Part shown: positions 1-10,900 of the stretch, piece after piece
Position numbering within the stretch: position 1 is the first letter of the stretch
Layout: every line of letters starts with the position of its first letter
NCBI GenBank assembly: GCA_963716725.1
Contig: CAVQUB010000013.1
Span: forward strand, 96,001-160,000
Source: an uncultured delta proteobacterium
Lineage (GTDB): Bacteria > Myxococcota_A > Polyangia > Polyangiales > Polyangiaceae
Length of the DNA stretch: 64,000 nt
Direction: 5' to 3'
Notes under the pieces: model-generated
Database searches by the model: none
Seen by the model: only the letters and a program-made list of their open reading frames with translations
What the model was told of the DNA's origin: nothing
Made by a program: the position numbers and the translations under genes

Positions 1-155
1 AGCAAGCTCCGCCCGAGCGCGGCCAAACAATCTTCGAGGTTCTTTCGAACTTCTCCGATCGTCTGCCGGTCGGGGCCAGGGGCTCCGCGATTTGCTGCGA
101 CGTTCTGAAACGCCCGTCTCAGGTTTGCATCGTTGGCTATCTCCTCCATCGTCAT
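1..155 (-). CDS. ltrA: Group II intron reverse transcriptase/maturase, N-terminal part (runs off the window start; the frame is open upstream to ~306)
   Basis: Minus-strand translation MTMEEIANDANLRRAFQNVAANRGAPGPDRQTIGEVRKNL matches the RT0 motif (NLxxAxxxVxxNxGAPGxD) of intron-encoded RTs; not in the ORF track because it is cut by the window edge. Confidence 0.85.
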   Translation of the reverse strand, partial: MTMEEIANDANLRRAFQNVAANRGAPGPDRQTIGEVRKNLEDCLAALGRSL

Positions 156-800
156 CGGCGATAGGGCGTTGCTCGTTCCCTGCGACGACTTCGGCACCGC
201 GAGTCGTTTCCCGCCGGGTGGGCCCGACGTTCGTGCGACCGCGGCCCCTTGCGGGGTTACGGCTGTCTCGTCGAAGAGAGCGAGCTGCTCTACCTGTTTG
301 CTGACCGTGACCGCCTTCCCTTGCCGACCCTCGTCGGCTCGGTGCGTCTTTCGACGACCTTCCGGTACTACGCGACCATCCGACTTCTGCCGTCCCGTCA
401 CCGCCTCGTCCTTTCGTCCTCGGCTGCTACCGTGCTCATCGCACGGAGACCGGCAAATCTCCCCGGGTAAGAAACGCAGAACTTCACACGAATCCCGTCG
501 CCAATACACCCGACCGACCAACAGACTTCGGGCTTCGCCGCTGGAGACCGGCTCACCCACGGTACGTATGCTTTACGGCGCTTCGCTTGCGCTCGGTTCC
601 GTGTTGCACCTACGGCTTCCACCAGACGTCCCCTCGCGGGCACACCGCGGCTCACAACCGCAAGCGTGAAGCTCGGTGCTCCGAGCCGACGCCCTTGCCT
701 TCGGTGAGAGGTTCCCTCTGTCAGGGCCCTCAAAGGACTTGAATCAATTCTCATCGAGTACTGGTTCTCACCTTCTGTTCTGCGCCCATGCCGGGCGCGA
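1..800 (-). mobile_element. Group II intron, class IIC-like (5' ribozyme domains plus start of the ORF)
   Basis: Minus strand begins TCGCGCCCGGCATGGGCGCA, similar to the class C 5' consensus GTGCGCCCGGCATGGG; short ~500-nt structured leader before the RT; a hairpin lies immediately upstream. Confidence 0.8.
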
Positions 801-1206
801 CCCCTTATCCGGTGAGCGCGGGAAGACCCGCGCCCACGCGGATGGAGGGGACGCGCCGCTCCGTGCTTGGGTGCGCGATCCTGGCGGGCAAGGCCCGCAC
901 GGGCGGGCTTCGAGAACGGCCCGGCGGAGCGCGACGAGGCGCACGCGCGGGCCGCGGCGCTCGAAGAGGTGCTCCGGATCCTGTCGGCGCAGCTCGACCT
1001 GATCGCAGACTGGTTGCGCGCCGTTCCGTACCAACCTGCGCCGTCGTGCCATCGCCGACCAATCTCGGCATGCGACACTGTTGAGCCATCCCCGCCACGG
1101 CAATCTGGGAATCCCGAAAGTCCTGCGCCGCAGATCCGAGCGCGGTTCGGCCGGTGACACGTGTTGCTGACTGCCGATTCCGTGCCGCGATCATCGAACC
1201 ACCAAG
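801..1206. repeat. Inter-cassette repeat copy 1 (terminal hairpin plus degenerate ORF; internal ~90-bp deletion relative to copy 2)
   Basis: Aligns by eye to 3753-4246; starts with the imperfect hairpin CCCCTTATCCGGTGAGCGCGGG-AAGA-CCCGCGCCCACGCGGATGGAGGGG. Confidence 0.85.
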
Positions 1207-1207
1207 C

Positions 1208-1288
1208 ACCAGGTTTGGGAGCAGGAACGAGCCCGATCGGATCCTCGCTGATCCACCTCCCCACCGTCGGGTCGTAATCCCTCGCCCC
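1208..1288 (-). pseudogene. Tiny orphan RHS-core fragment
   Basis: GARDYDPTVGRWISEDPIGLVPAPKPG, similar to 5308-5388 of the main RHS gene. Confidence 0.75.
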
Positions 1289-1351
1289 TCCTCGCTCGAC
1301 AGAAATTCGAGAAACGCGCGGGGTGAGGCGCATCGCTCCGTGTGCTGGCCA

Positions 1352-1822
1352 CTATCCCCACGCGCGATTTAGGAGCCACCAGGTGCCGACCCCAAACATC
1401 GCCGCAAACGCGACCCAGCTCGCACCGATGGGCGCGGCCGTCGCCACGAAGACAAAGCCACCGGCAAGTGTTGCTAGGTAGATCGACGCTCGCTTCGCGC
1501 GTCGATGTTCGCCCTGCTGACCCCGAGCCAGCATGTTGGTGATGGCGACAGCACACAGCAGCCCAAGGTGTGCCAACAGCACGGTCAACGACCCCCAGCG
1601 AATGCTGGTGGCAGCTGCGCTGGCGATGCACGACCACTGCAGCGCTAAAAGGAACCATTTCCACCACGCAGTTCCGCCGAAACGCGCTCTCGCGAACCGC
1701 AGAACGGCGAAACTCAGTACCTCCACAGTCAGTCCGACGGCCGAACTGCTCCAGCGCGCTGCATCGGCAAGCACAACCGCCGCAAACGCGACTGGCCCGA
1801 TGACCGCAGGGACTGCGCTCAA
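1352..1822 (-). CDS. Multi-pass membrane protein, candidate immunity protein for the orphan RHS tip
   Basis: Several hydrophobic segments; directly downstream of the orphan RHS stop at 1851; start uncertain (TTG 1822). Confidence 0.55.
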   Translation of the reverse strand: MSAVPAVIGPVAFAAVVLADAARWSSSAVGLTVEVLSFAVLRFARARFGGTAWWKWFLLALQWSCIASAAATSIRWGSLTVLLAHLGLLCAVAITNMLARGQQGEHRRAKRASIYLATLAGGFVFVATAAPIGASWVAFAAMFGVGTWWLLNRAWG

Positions 1823-1850
1823 CGCCCATCCGGCACCCCCCCCCTGGGCG

Positions 1851-3709
1851 CTACTCGGGCTGTTCGCACGCATTTTTCGGCTCCGGCTTTGGGGGCTTGG
1901 GCTCGCATGCCGGCAGACCGAACGCGCCGCCAGCGAAGCAAGCAGCGACGCACGCGGCAAACGCGATTTCTCCCTTCGGAGGCGGCAGTGCCAACAGCCC
2001 CGTGCAACCGTAGGCGCACGCGAGCGTGAAAACGTTGACAAGGATTTTGCAGGTGGTCGGGTTCTCCTGGAAGAAGTTCGACAAGTCGTCCAGCGGATCT
2101 CGTCCCGTGCGGTCCATCCGATTCACGGGGTCGGACAATGAGTACCCGAAAAGGTTGGTCCCTGTGCCCTGCAGCCCGACCGGATCCTTGCTCACCCACC
2201 TCCCGACCCTGGGATCAAAGTCGCGAGCCCCAAAGCGGGTGAGCCCCGTCTCCCAATCGAACATCCCTCCCGCGAAGCCAAACGGCACGAAATCCGACGT
2301 CCCCGCGATCAGCGTCCGGTTGCCCCAGGCGTCGAAGTCCGCACGCCACGCGACGGCCCCGCTGGCGACGTCCACGAGCGCCCTCGGCGAGCCGAGGTGG
2401 TCGCTGGGCACCCGGTACGTCACGCCCCCGCGCACCATGTACTCCGGCACGTTGCTCTTCGAGCCGTACACGAACCTCCCCACGAGCGCCCCGCTCCCAT
2501 CGAGCTCCGCCACCGGGTTGAGCTGGTTCCGGTAGAGCCACGCCTTCTCGAGCACGCCGTTCTTCTTCTTGCCGACGCGGCGGCCCTGGCCGTCCACGAG
2601 GTACTGGATCACGTCGCCGCTCGGCAGGTCGACCTGGACCAAGTTCCCGCGCACATCATACGTGTAGGTCGTCGTGCCCGAAGCATCCGTCTTGGTGCGC
2701 AGCTCACCGTTGGCCGTGTACGTGAAGCTCGTCGCTCCGTAGCTCAGCAGCCGATCCTGCGCGTCGTACACCCCCACCGTCGTCCCGGTTGGCGTGGTGA
2801 GCAGCGTGCGGTTACCGTTGGCGTCGTAGTCGTAGTGCTCCCAGAGCGTGCCGTCCTTCTGCACGTCGACGAGGCGCCGGCGGAGGTCATAGGTGTAGCG
2901 CCACGTCGTGCTCGCTCCGCCGTTCGTCTCGACCCGCTGCACGATGCGCCCGAGCGCGTCGCGCGGGTTGGCCGCGGTGTCCACGACCTCGCTGAACACG
3001 TTGGTCGCTCCGACCCGTCCGGTGGTGCTCGCGAGTTCGCCGAAGACGTTGTACGTCAGCGTGTCCGTCACCACGCCGTGGGTCGAGCCCGTCACCAATC
3101 CATTCCCCGCGTTGAGCGTGATCTTCAGTGCGTCCGTGCCCGCAGGCGAGCAGGTGCTCGGCGAGGCGCAGCTCAGGAGGTCGTCGTTGTCGAAGCCGAA
3201 CGCCACCGGTGACGTCGTCGCGCCCACCGTGACGGTCTCGCTGGTGACGCGGAAGCTCGAGTCGTGGCCGAAGCTCACGCTGCCCGAAACTGCCCCCGAC
3301 CACGTCAGGCTCTTCAGCAGGAGGCCGTCGTACGCGTGATCCAGAACCACGCCGCTCGGGTCGGTGATGCGTTGCAGGCGGCCCGGCGCGCAGCCGGGGC
3401 ACGGCGTCAGCCCGAAGTAGTCGTAATCGACGTTGCCGGCCGGCGTGGTGAGGAGATTGAGCTTGCCGGCGGAGTCGTACGTCCTTCCCACCAGCAGGCC
3501 ATCAGGCCTCGTCGTCTGAGTGAGCTGCTTGTCCAAGTTGTACGCGAACAGTGTACTCGGGACGGGCACCCCCGGCACGCTCGGGGGCGTGTAGGCGCTC
3601 AGCAGGTCCACCGGCGTGAAGCTCTGGCCGTGCGCGGGCTGTCCGGGGGGCGTCACGCTGGTCAGGTTGCTGTTGCCGTCCCACGCGAAGCTCGTGAGCG
3701 CGCCGTCGG
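1851..3709 (-). pseudogene. Orphan YD/RHS module with a distinct C-terminal tip
   Basis: Near-identical to ~5350-6866 of the main gene from DGALTSFAWDG onward; core motif FGARDFDPRVGRWVSKDP...DPVNRMDRTG, then an unrelated ~85-aa Cys-rich hydrophobic tip. Confidence 0.9.
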
Positions 3710-3752
3710 TCTTGCTGCCCCCCCTCGTCGGCGCTGACGCGCCGCCGGTCCC

Positions 3753-4246
3753 CCCCTTATCCGGTGAGCGCGGGAAGACCCGCGCCCACGCGGATGGGGG
3801 GGACACGTTCTTCCGTGCTTGGGTGCACAAGCCTGGCGGGCAAGGCCCGCTGCCTCGCGGGTGGTCGAAGCACGCACGGAAGCGCGCTGCTCCACGCCGT
3901 CGCCCTTGCGCGCGTGGCGCTGCTCATGCTCGACCTGCGGGCGGGCTTCGAGAACGGGCCGGCGGAGCGCGACGAGGCGCGCGCGCGGGCCGCGGCGCTC
4001 GAAGAGGTGCTCCGGATCCTGTCCGCGCAGCTCGACATGATCGCAGACTGGTTGCGCGCCGTTCCGTACCAACCTGCGCCGTCGTGCCATCGCCGACCAA
4101 GCTCGGTATGCGACACTGTTGAGCCATCCCCGCCACGACAATGCGGGGATCCCGCGAAAGTCCTGCGACGCAGATCCGAGCGCGGTTCGGCCGGTGACAC
4201 GTGTCGCTGACTGCCGATTCCGTGCCGCGATCATCGAACCACCAAG
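3753..4246. repeat. Inter-cassette repeat copy 2 (possible transposase relic with terminal hairpin)
   Basis: Homologous to 801-1206; plus frame LLHAVALARVALL...ALEEVLRIL resembles degenerate transposase N-termini (weak). Confidence 0.8.
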
Positions 4247-4953
4247 TAGCTCGACAGCGTTGCGAGCGCTGGTGGCAACATGCACACGCCGGCCCAGGCC
4301 ACCCCCAGCACAAGCGACGCGCGAACTGATTTGGGAACTCCGACGACGCGACGGAAGAACACGTACGGCGCGCGGAAGACTGCGAACGTCGCTGGCCCCA
4401 CCGCCTCGACAACCAGCCAATTCAGCACGAACGACAGCACCATCGCGACCAAGAGCGCCGCGCCGTAGAGCCCGGCCATGACGCTCAGACCCCAAACGAG
4501 CGGCGACCTGATGGTCCAGGCATATACCTCGAAGAGCTGGACAAGCAATCGACTTCGCGGCGGCCGATGTGCCCACTCCGGCACGGCCGCCGGCAGGCGT
4601 ACCATCAAGTGCGCCTGAAAGACAGCCAACCCGGAAAACACCACGCCCAAGAGCGCAAGCGATTCCGTTCGATGGCCTGTGGCCACACCGAGGGTCGCCA
4701 GCAGCGACGTCGCTGCGGTGACCGCGGGCGGCCAAACAGGGACCACCTGCCGGGGCAGGGCAGCCGTGGACCGCGTACGAATCACCCGGAGCGCAGCAGT
4801 AACGTGTACCACGAAAAACAGCGCGATGGCAGGGCACCGTAACACCCCCCACCCGTTGAGCGGAGTCAGCGAGACCAGGCAAGCTGCAGCAGTCACTCCG
4901 GTGAGCCCGAGCAGCAGCCCGAGACCCTGCGCGCGCGTGTCGCGTTCGGCCAT
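4231..4953 (-). CDS. Multi-pass membrane protein, candidate cognate RHS immunity protein
   Basis: ATG at 4953, just downstream of the RHS stop at 4977; about 6-7 hydrophobic segments. Confidence 0.7.
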   Translation of the reverse strand: MAERDTRAQGLGLLLGLTGVTAAACLVSLTPLNGWGVLRCPAIALFFVVHVTAALRVIRTRSTAALPRQVVPVWPPAVTAATSLLATLGVATGHRTESLALLGVVFSGLAVFQAHLMVRLPAAVPEWAHRPPRSRLLVQLFEVYAWTIRSPLVWGLSVMAGLYGAALLVAMVLSFVLNWLVVEAVGPATFAVFRAPYVFFRRVVGVPKSVRASLVLGVAWAGVCMLPPALATLSSYLVVR

Positions 4954-4976
4954 GAGCCACCCACTCCCTACGACGG

Positions 4977-7900
4977 TTACGGTGGACACTTCTGCCCCCC
5001 GACTTCTGGACAAACGCTCTCCTGCGGCGGGGCGTTCGCCCCACCGCAGGTGCACGCCACAAGCACGCCGGACGGGTCCACGCAACATGCCTGCGGATCG
5101 AGGCCAGCGAGGAAGCATTGTTCCGCGAATTTCTCCTCGGCCGATTGCTCCGGCACGTGGTACGCGGGTGAGACAAAGATCTCCCAGAGCAAGTGGCCGA
5201 CGACGTGCCGAACGAGATGCACCACCCAGAGGGGAACTCGCCCCGACGGATCCGCCCGGTTGACGCTGTCGCCCCATGCGTATCCAAATGCGTTTGGAAC
5301 GGCGCTACCAGGTTTGGGAGCAGGAACGAGCCCGATCGGATCCTTCCCCGTCCACCTCCCGACCCTCGCGTCGTAGTCCCTCGCACCGAACCGCGTCAGC
5401 CCGGTCTCCGCATCGAACATCCCCCCCGCGAAGCCAAACGGCACAAAATCAGCCGTCCCCGCGATCAGCGTGCGGTTGCCCCAAGCGTCGAAGTCGGCAC
5501 GCCACGCGACGGTACCGGTGGCCACATCGACCAACGCCCTCGGCGACCCGAGGTGGTCGGAGAGCACGCGGTACGTCACGCCGCCACGCACCACGTACTC
5601 CGGCACGTTGCTCTTGGACCCGTACACGAACCTCCCTACCAGGTTCCCCGCGCCGTCGAGCTCCGCCGCCGGGTTGAGCTGGTTCCGGTAGAGCCACGCC
5701 TTCTCGAGCACGCCGTTCTTCTTCTTGCCGACGCGGCGATCCTGTCCGTCGACCAAGTACTGGATCACGTCGCCGCTCGGCAGGTCCACCTGCACCAGGT
5801 TGCCGCGCACGTCGTGGGTGTACGTCGTCGTGCCGCCCGCGTCCGTCTTCGTGCGCAGCTCGCCGTTCGCAGTGTACGTGTAGCTCGTGCTGCCGTAGCT
5901 CAGCAGCCGATCCTGCGCGTCGTACACGCCCACCGTCGTCCCGCTCGGCGTCGTCAGCAGCGTGCGGTTCCCGTTGCCGTCGTAGTCGTAGTGCTCGAAG
6001 AGCGAGCCGTCCTTCTGCACGTCGATGAGCCGCCCGCGCAGATCATACGCGTACCGCCACGTCGTGCTCGCGCCGCCATTCGTCTCGACGCGCTGCACGA
6101 TGCGCCCGAGCGCATCCCGCGGAACGGCGGTCGTGGCGACCACCTCGCTGAACACTCCTGTCACCCCGACCTTCCCCGCATAGCTCGCCAGCTCGCCGAA
6201 CGCGTTGTACGTCAGCGTGTCCGTCACCAGGCCGTGGGTGGAGCCGGTGACCAGGCCGTTGCCAGCATTCAAGGTGATCTTCAGCGCATCGGTGCCCGCG
6301 GGCGAGCAGGTGCTCGGCGATGCGCAGATCAGGAGGTCGTCGTTGTCGAGGCCGAACGCCACGCTGCTCGTGTTCGCTCCGACCGTCACCGTCTCGCTCG
6401 TGACGCGGAAGCTCGCGTCGTGGCCGAAGCTCACGGTGCCCGAAACTGCCCCCGACCACGTCAGGCTCTTCAGCAGGAGGCCGTCGTACGCGTGATCCAG
6501 AACCACGCCGCTCGGGTCGGTGATGCGTTGCAGGCGGCCCGGCGCGCAGCCGGGGCACGGCGTCAGCCCGAAGTAGTCGTAGTCCACGTTGCCCGTGGGC
6601 GTCGTGAGCAGATCGAGCTTGCCGGCGGAATCGTAGGTCCTGCCGATGAGCAGGCCGTCAGGGCGCGTCGTCTGGGTGAGCTGCTTGTCCAAGTTGTACG
6701 CGAACAGTGTGCTCGGGACGGGCACCCCCGGCACGCTCGGGGGCGTGTAGGCGCTCAGCAGGTCCACCGGCGTGAAGCTCTGGCCGTGCGCAGGCTGTCC
6801 TGGTGGCGTCACGCTGGTCAGGTTGCTGTTGCCGTCCCACGCGAAGCTCGTGAGCGCGCCGTCGGGGTCGAGCTGCTGCAGGATGCGGCCGGTGGCGTCG
6901 GGCGAGAAGCTCGTGGTCTGGCCCAGCGCGTTGGTCACCCACTGGACGTAGCCGTTGCGCGAGTCGCTGGTGTTGAAGTACGTCGTACTCCGTGTGCGCG
7001 GCCCTTGGGTCACCGTCGCGAGGCGCCCACGGGAGTCGTGGCCGACCACGATCGGGGTGATGCCGGTCACCTCGCGGCGAGTGACGCGCATCTGGGGGTC
7101 GTGGAAGGTCTTGCTGATCCGGCCTGCTGGGCTCGTGACCGTCGTGGTGAGCGTGGCCCTGTTGAACACCGTCGTCGTAGTGCGACCGTTGACGGACACC
7201 GTATCTGTCTGCCAGCTCAGGGAGAGGGGATTCAGCAAATCTGTCAGATTGATGGAGCGAGTGCGTGTCTCGTTGCGCACCAGCCCGGAGGGGGTTCGAG
7301 TGCTCGTGGAGACGACGGGAGCCATGAGGCTGAATCGTGAATCCGGCAAATTCGTGCTCGTCGACCGCGTTCCGTCGGGGGTGGTCAGCACGACCGTTCC
7401 GCCCTTGTCCCGACTTCGAACGGCAACGGTGCCGTCCGGGAAGGCGTTGGTCTGCTGCAGTACCCCGGTCGGTAGGAACTCGGTGAGGTAGCTGGACGTC
7501 CGCCCGAGTGCCGACGTCCGCGAAACCGACCAGCCGGTCGCGAGGTCAGTTCTGGCCAACGCGAACGACCCCGAAGCTGCATCGGTGTCGAGGAGGAGCC
7601 GCCCCAGTCCGTCATACAGCATGGTGCTCGTCTGCCCGCGCGCGTTGGTGAGCGATTCGAGGTTGCCGTCGATGGAGTATGTAATTGCGACGGCCTCACC
7701 GGCAGGATTGGTCACGGCCGACAAGAACCCGCTGGAGTTCACGGCGAACGAGGTCTGATGCCCGAACGGACCGCCGACCCCGGTCGGTGTTCCAGACGCG
7801 TCTCGCTGGATTGTGGTCACGTTCCCATCTCCGTCGGTCAGCGATGAGACGAACCCGGTTGCGCCGTAGGCGAAGGTGGTGCGAGCAGCACCCGTGCGCG

Positions 7901-10900
7901 CATCGAGGGTCTGGAGGTGACGACCATCCGAGTCGAACGAATAGACCTCGCTGGCTTCCTGTGAAGGGATTACGTACGATGCGGACAGCGAAGGAAGCGG
8001 GCTCTCAATGACATGCAGCCCCGTGTTCGTCCCAGCGACGTACATGCGCCCGTTCTGACCCATGGCAAGTCCGATGACGAAGAGCTGCACAGATGTGGCC
8101 GGCACGCCCGAAGCCAAACCGGAGCCCCCGCCTGCAACCCTTCGGATGATGCCGTCGGCGCCGACGGCGTGAACCGTCTGGTCGTTGTGGGTTCCAACGT
8201 ACAGCGTGTCGTCAGGCCCGATGGCTACGGCCAGCGGATTGTTGAGTTGGCGCTGGGTCGCCGGTACGCCCGAAGCATCCAGGCACGGCGTCCCCACGCA
8301 ACCGGCGACCGTCGTCACGCGCCCGGCGCGGTCCAGCCGGCGGACTCTGGAAAATCTGTTGTCAGCAAAGTACAGGTTGCCCTGCCGGTCGAAAGCAAAG
8401 TCAACTGCGCTGAGATCCGCCTGGAGAGCCTGCACGTCATCTGCCGGCAGCGGCAGGAACCCCCCGGTGCCGGTGCCGGCGATCGTCCGGATGACCCCGT
8501 CCGGGCCGACTTTGCGGATCATGGAGCCATTGCTGATGTAGAGCCCGCCATCGGGCCCATAGGCGAGCGCGATCGGGTTATAGATGCGCGCGCTTGTAGC
8601 GGGCCCGCCGTCTCCGTCATTCCCCCCGACCGGGAGTCCGCCGATGGTCGTGAAGACTCCCGCAACAGTCGTGATGATGCCATCAAGACCGACGCGCCGC
8701 ACAACGTGGTTGCCGGTGTCGGCGATGTAGACGGCACCATCGGGAGCGATCACGACATCTTGAGGCGAGCGGAGGCTCGCAGCCGTTGCGGGCCCGCCAT
8801 CGCCAGCGTAGCCCGTCAGGCCGCCTCCTGCGAAAGTCGAAATGGTCCCGTCCTTCGCCAAGCGTCGGACCACGTTTCCGTAGACATAGAGGACGGTCTC
8901 GTCCGGGTAGACCGCCAACTCGTCGATACGACCTACCGGACCTGGGACAAGAGTCTTGAAGATTGGAACGATCGAACTGGCACTTCGACGCGACCCGTCA
9001 CCTTTGAACAGCGTGCGACTCACAGGGTCGTATGCGTGGTGCACATCGAGCGACCAACCCCCAAGACCCAAGGCGGAGGCATCCCACCGTCCGATACGGC
9101 CGTTCCAGTCGCGGTCAATCGAGTACTCGCCCAGGATTGGGCCGGCGATTGGTTGGGACCCGAATTCGCCAAAAACCAGGGTAGTCGTGTAGACGACGTC
9201 GTAGATGTATCTGACCCTTGCGCGTACGCGTTGCATGCCCTGTGTCGGGCGGCCGAAGGCGTCCTTTTCCATCCCACGTGAACGTGGTGAGCTGATTGGG
9301 TGCAGGCGGAAAAACCTGAGTGAAAGTGCGTCCAGCAACCGCGACCTCCAAGAGGATCCGCTTCACTCTCGGCGGTGGCGTGGCCGTGCTCAGTTGCAGT
9401 TCAATCGTGTTGCCAGTCGCTCGCCCTGCAAGCCGATCACTCGCGTAGTGGATTGAGTGGGGAGTGCCCGGAAGGCGCACGGTCTCGCGTAGCTTCTGGG
9501 TTTGGCATGCGATCGAGGAGGCACCGTCCTGTTTGCACTGGCCGTCATCATCGTCGGGTTCCTCGGGGTCCGGTTGGTCCGGATCGGGGTCGTCCGGCTT
9601 GGGCGGCGGCGGAGGTCCATCGGTCGGGTCGGGCATCCACCCCCAATTCCAGTCCTTCGGGGAGAACTGAGTTACTGGAGTGCGCCAGACGCTCACCCCT
9701 GGAGAGTACAGACTCGCGAGCTGGTAGAGTTCAGCGTCCGACATGCTGATCGTCGCAAGCTCGGAAGGCGAGTCCGCAAGGCCGTCGCCGGTCGAGTCTA
9801 TGAGTGCCTTTCCGGCGGAGTGCCCCAACACGGCGAGCACGACGCCACTCGGCTGAGGGATCCATTGGGCAGTCGGACGGTCGTAGCTCCCGAGCGGGAC
9901 CACGGTCCCCGCGGGGAATCCCAGAAAGTTCTCCAGGTAGAACCAGACCGGCTGCGAGAATTGGATGGACGCACCCGATGCGAGGGCCTCATCAACGCTC
10001 AGTTCCGCCGCGTATGTGTACATGCTGGCGGGCGGCAGAAGCGCTGGCATCGCTTCTGGGCCGGAGGCACCAACGGTGTACTCGGTGGCCCGGACGCTCA
10101 ATTCCGTGAGTGGGAATGTACTGCCATCCGGCCGTCTCGCCGTCGCCGTGGTTCCGGCCGCGAACAGCATCGTCGCTTGCCGCGTTCCGTTGGCGTCAGC
10201 TTCTTGCACACCACGGGCAACCTGAAACGGTTGGGGCGACGAGAGGTCAATGCTTGTCACCTGCGAGGTGAGCGGCACCAGAACTACGTCCGCTGTTGAA
10301 GCGAACTCGCCCCATGGGGGTCGCGCGGATCGCTGCGCCGGCAGATACCCGGGCTTGGCGAACTCCACGACGAACTCGCCTCCGCCGTTGACCATCATGA
10401 AGTAGCGACCGTCTGCATGAGTCTGGGTTTGTCCAAACTCGGGGTGCCCCAGCACGGACACAGCGACGCCGGGGATCGGACCGCCGCTGCGAGACGAAAT
10501 GCGGCCGTATAGCACCGCTGCACGTTGGACATCGATCGCCCCAGCTGCGACGCCCGGTTGAACTGGGTTTGGACCAGCGAGAAGCCAGCTCATGGAGTCG
10601 AGCAGAGTTGTCGATACCGTTCGATCCAGCGCCGAACATCCAACATGACGTATCCCGAGCACGGGGTCGCAAAGGTCGATCGTGCAGGCGTCCCCGTCGT
10701 CCACCGGCAGCGGCGACCCGCCAAGGCACTGCCCGCTCGTGTCGCAGAGGGCGCCGATCGTGCACAAGTCGAAATTGCACATCGTGCCCGCGGGCGACGG
10801 CGAGTGGCTCACCACCCCCGTGTTCGGGTCGCACGCGTCGAGCGTGCACGCGTTGCCGTCGCTGGTCGGGATTGGCGTCCCGGACTGGCAGACTCCCGCT

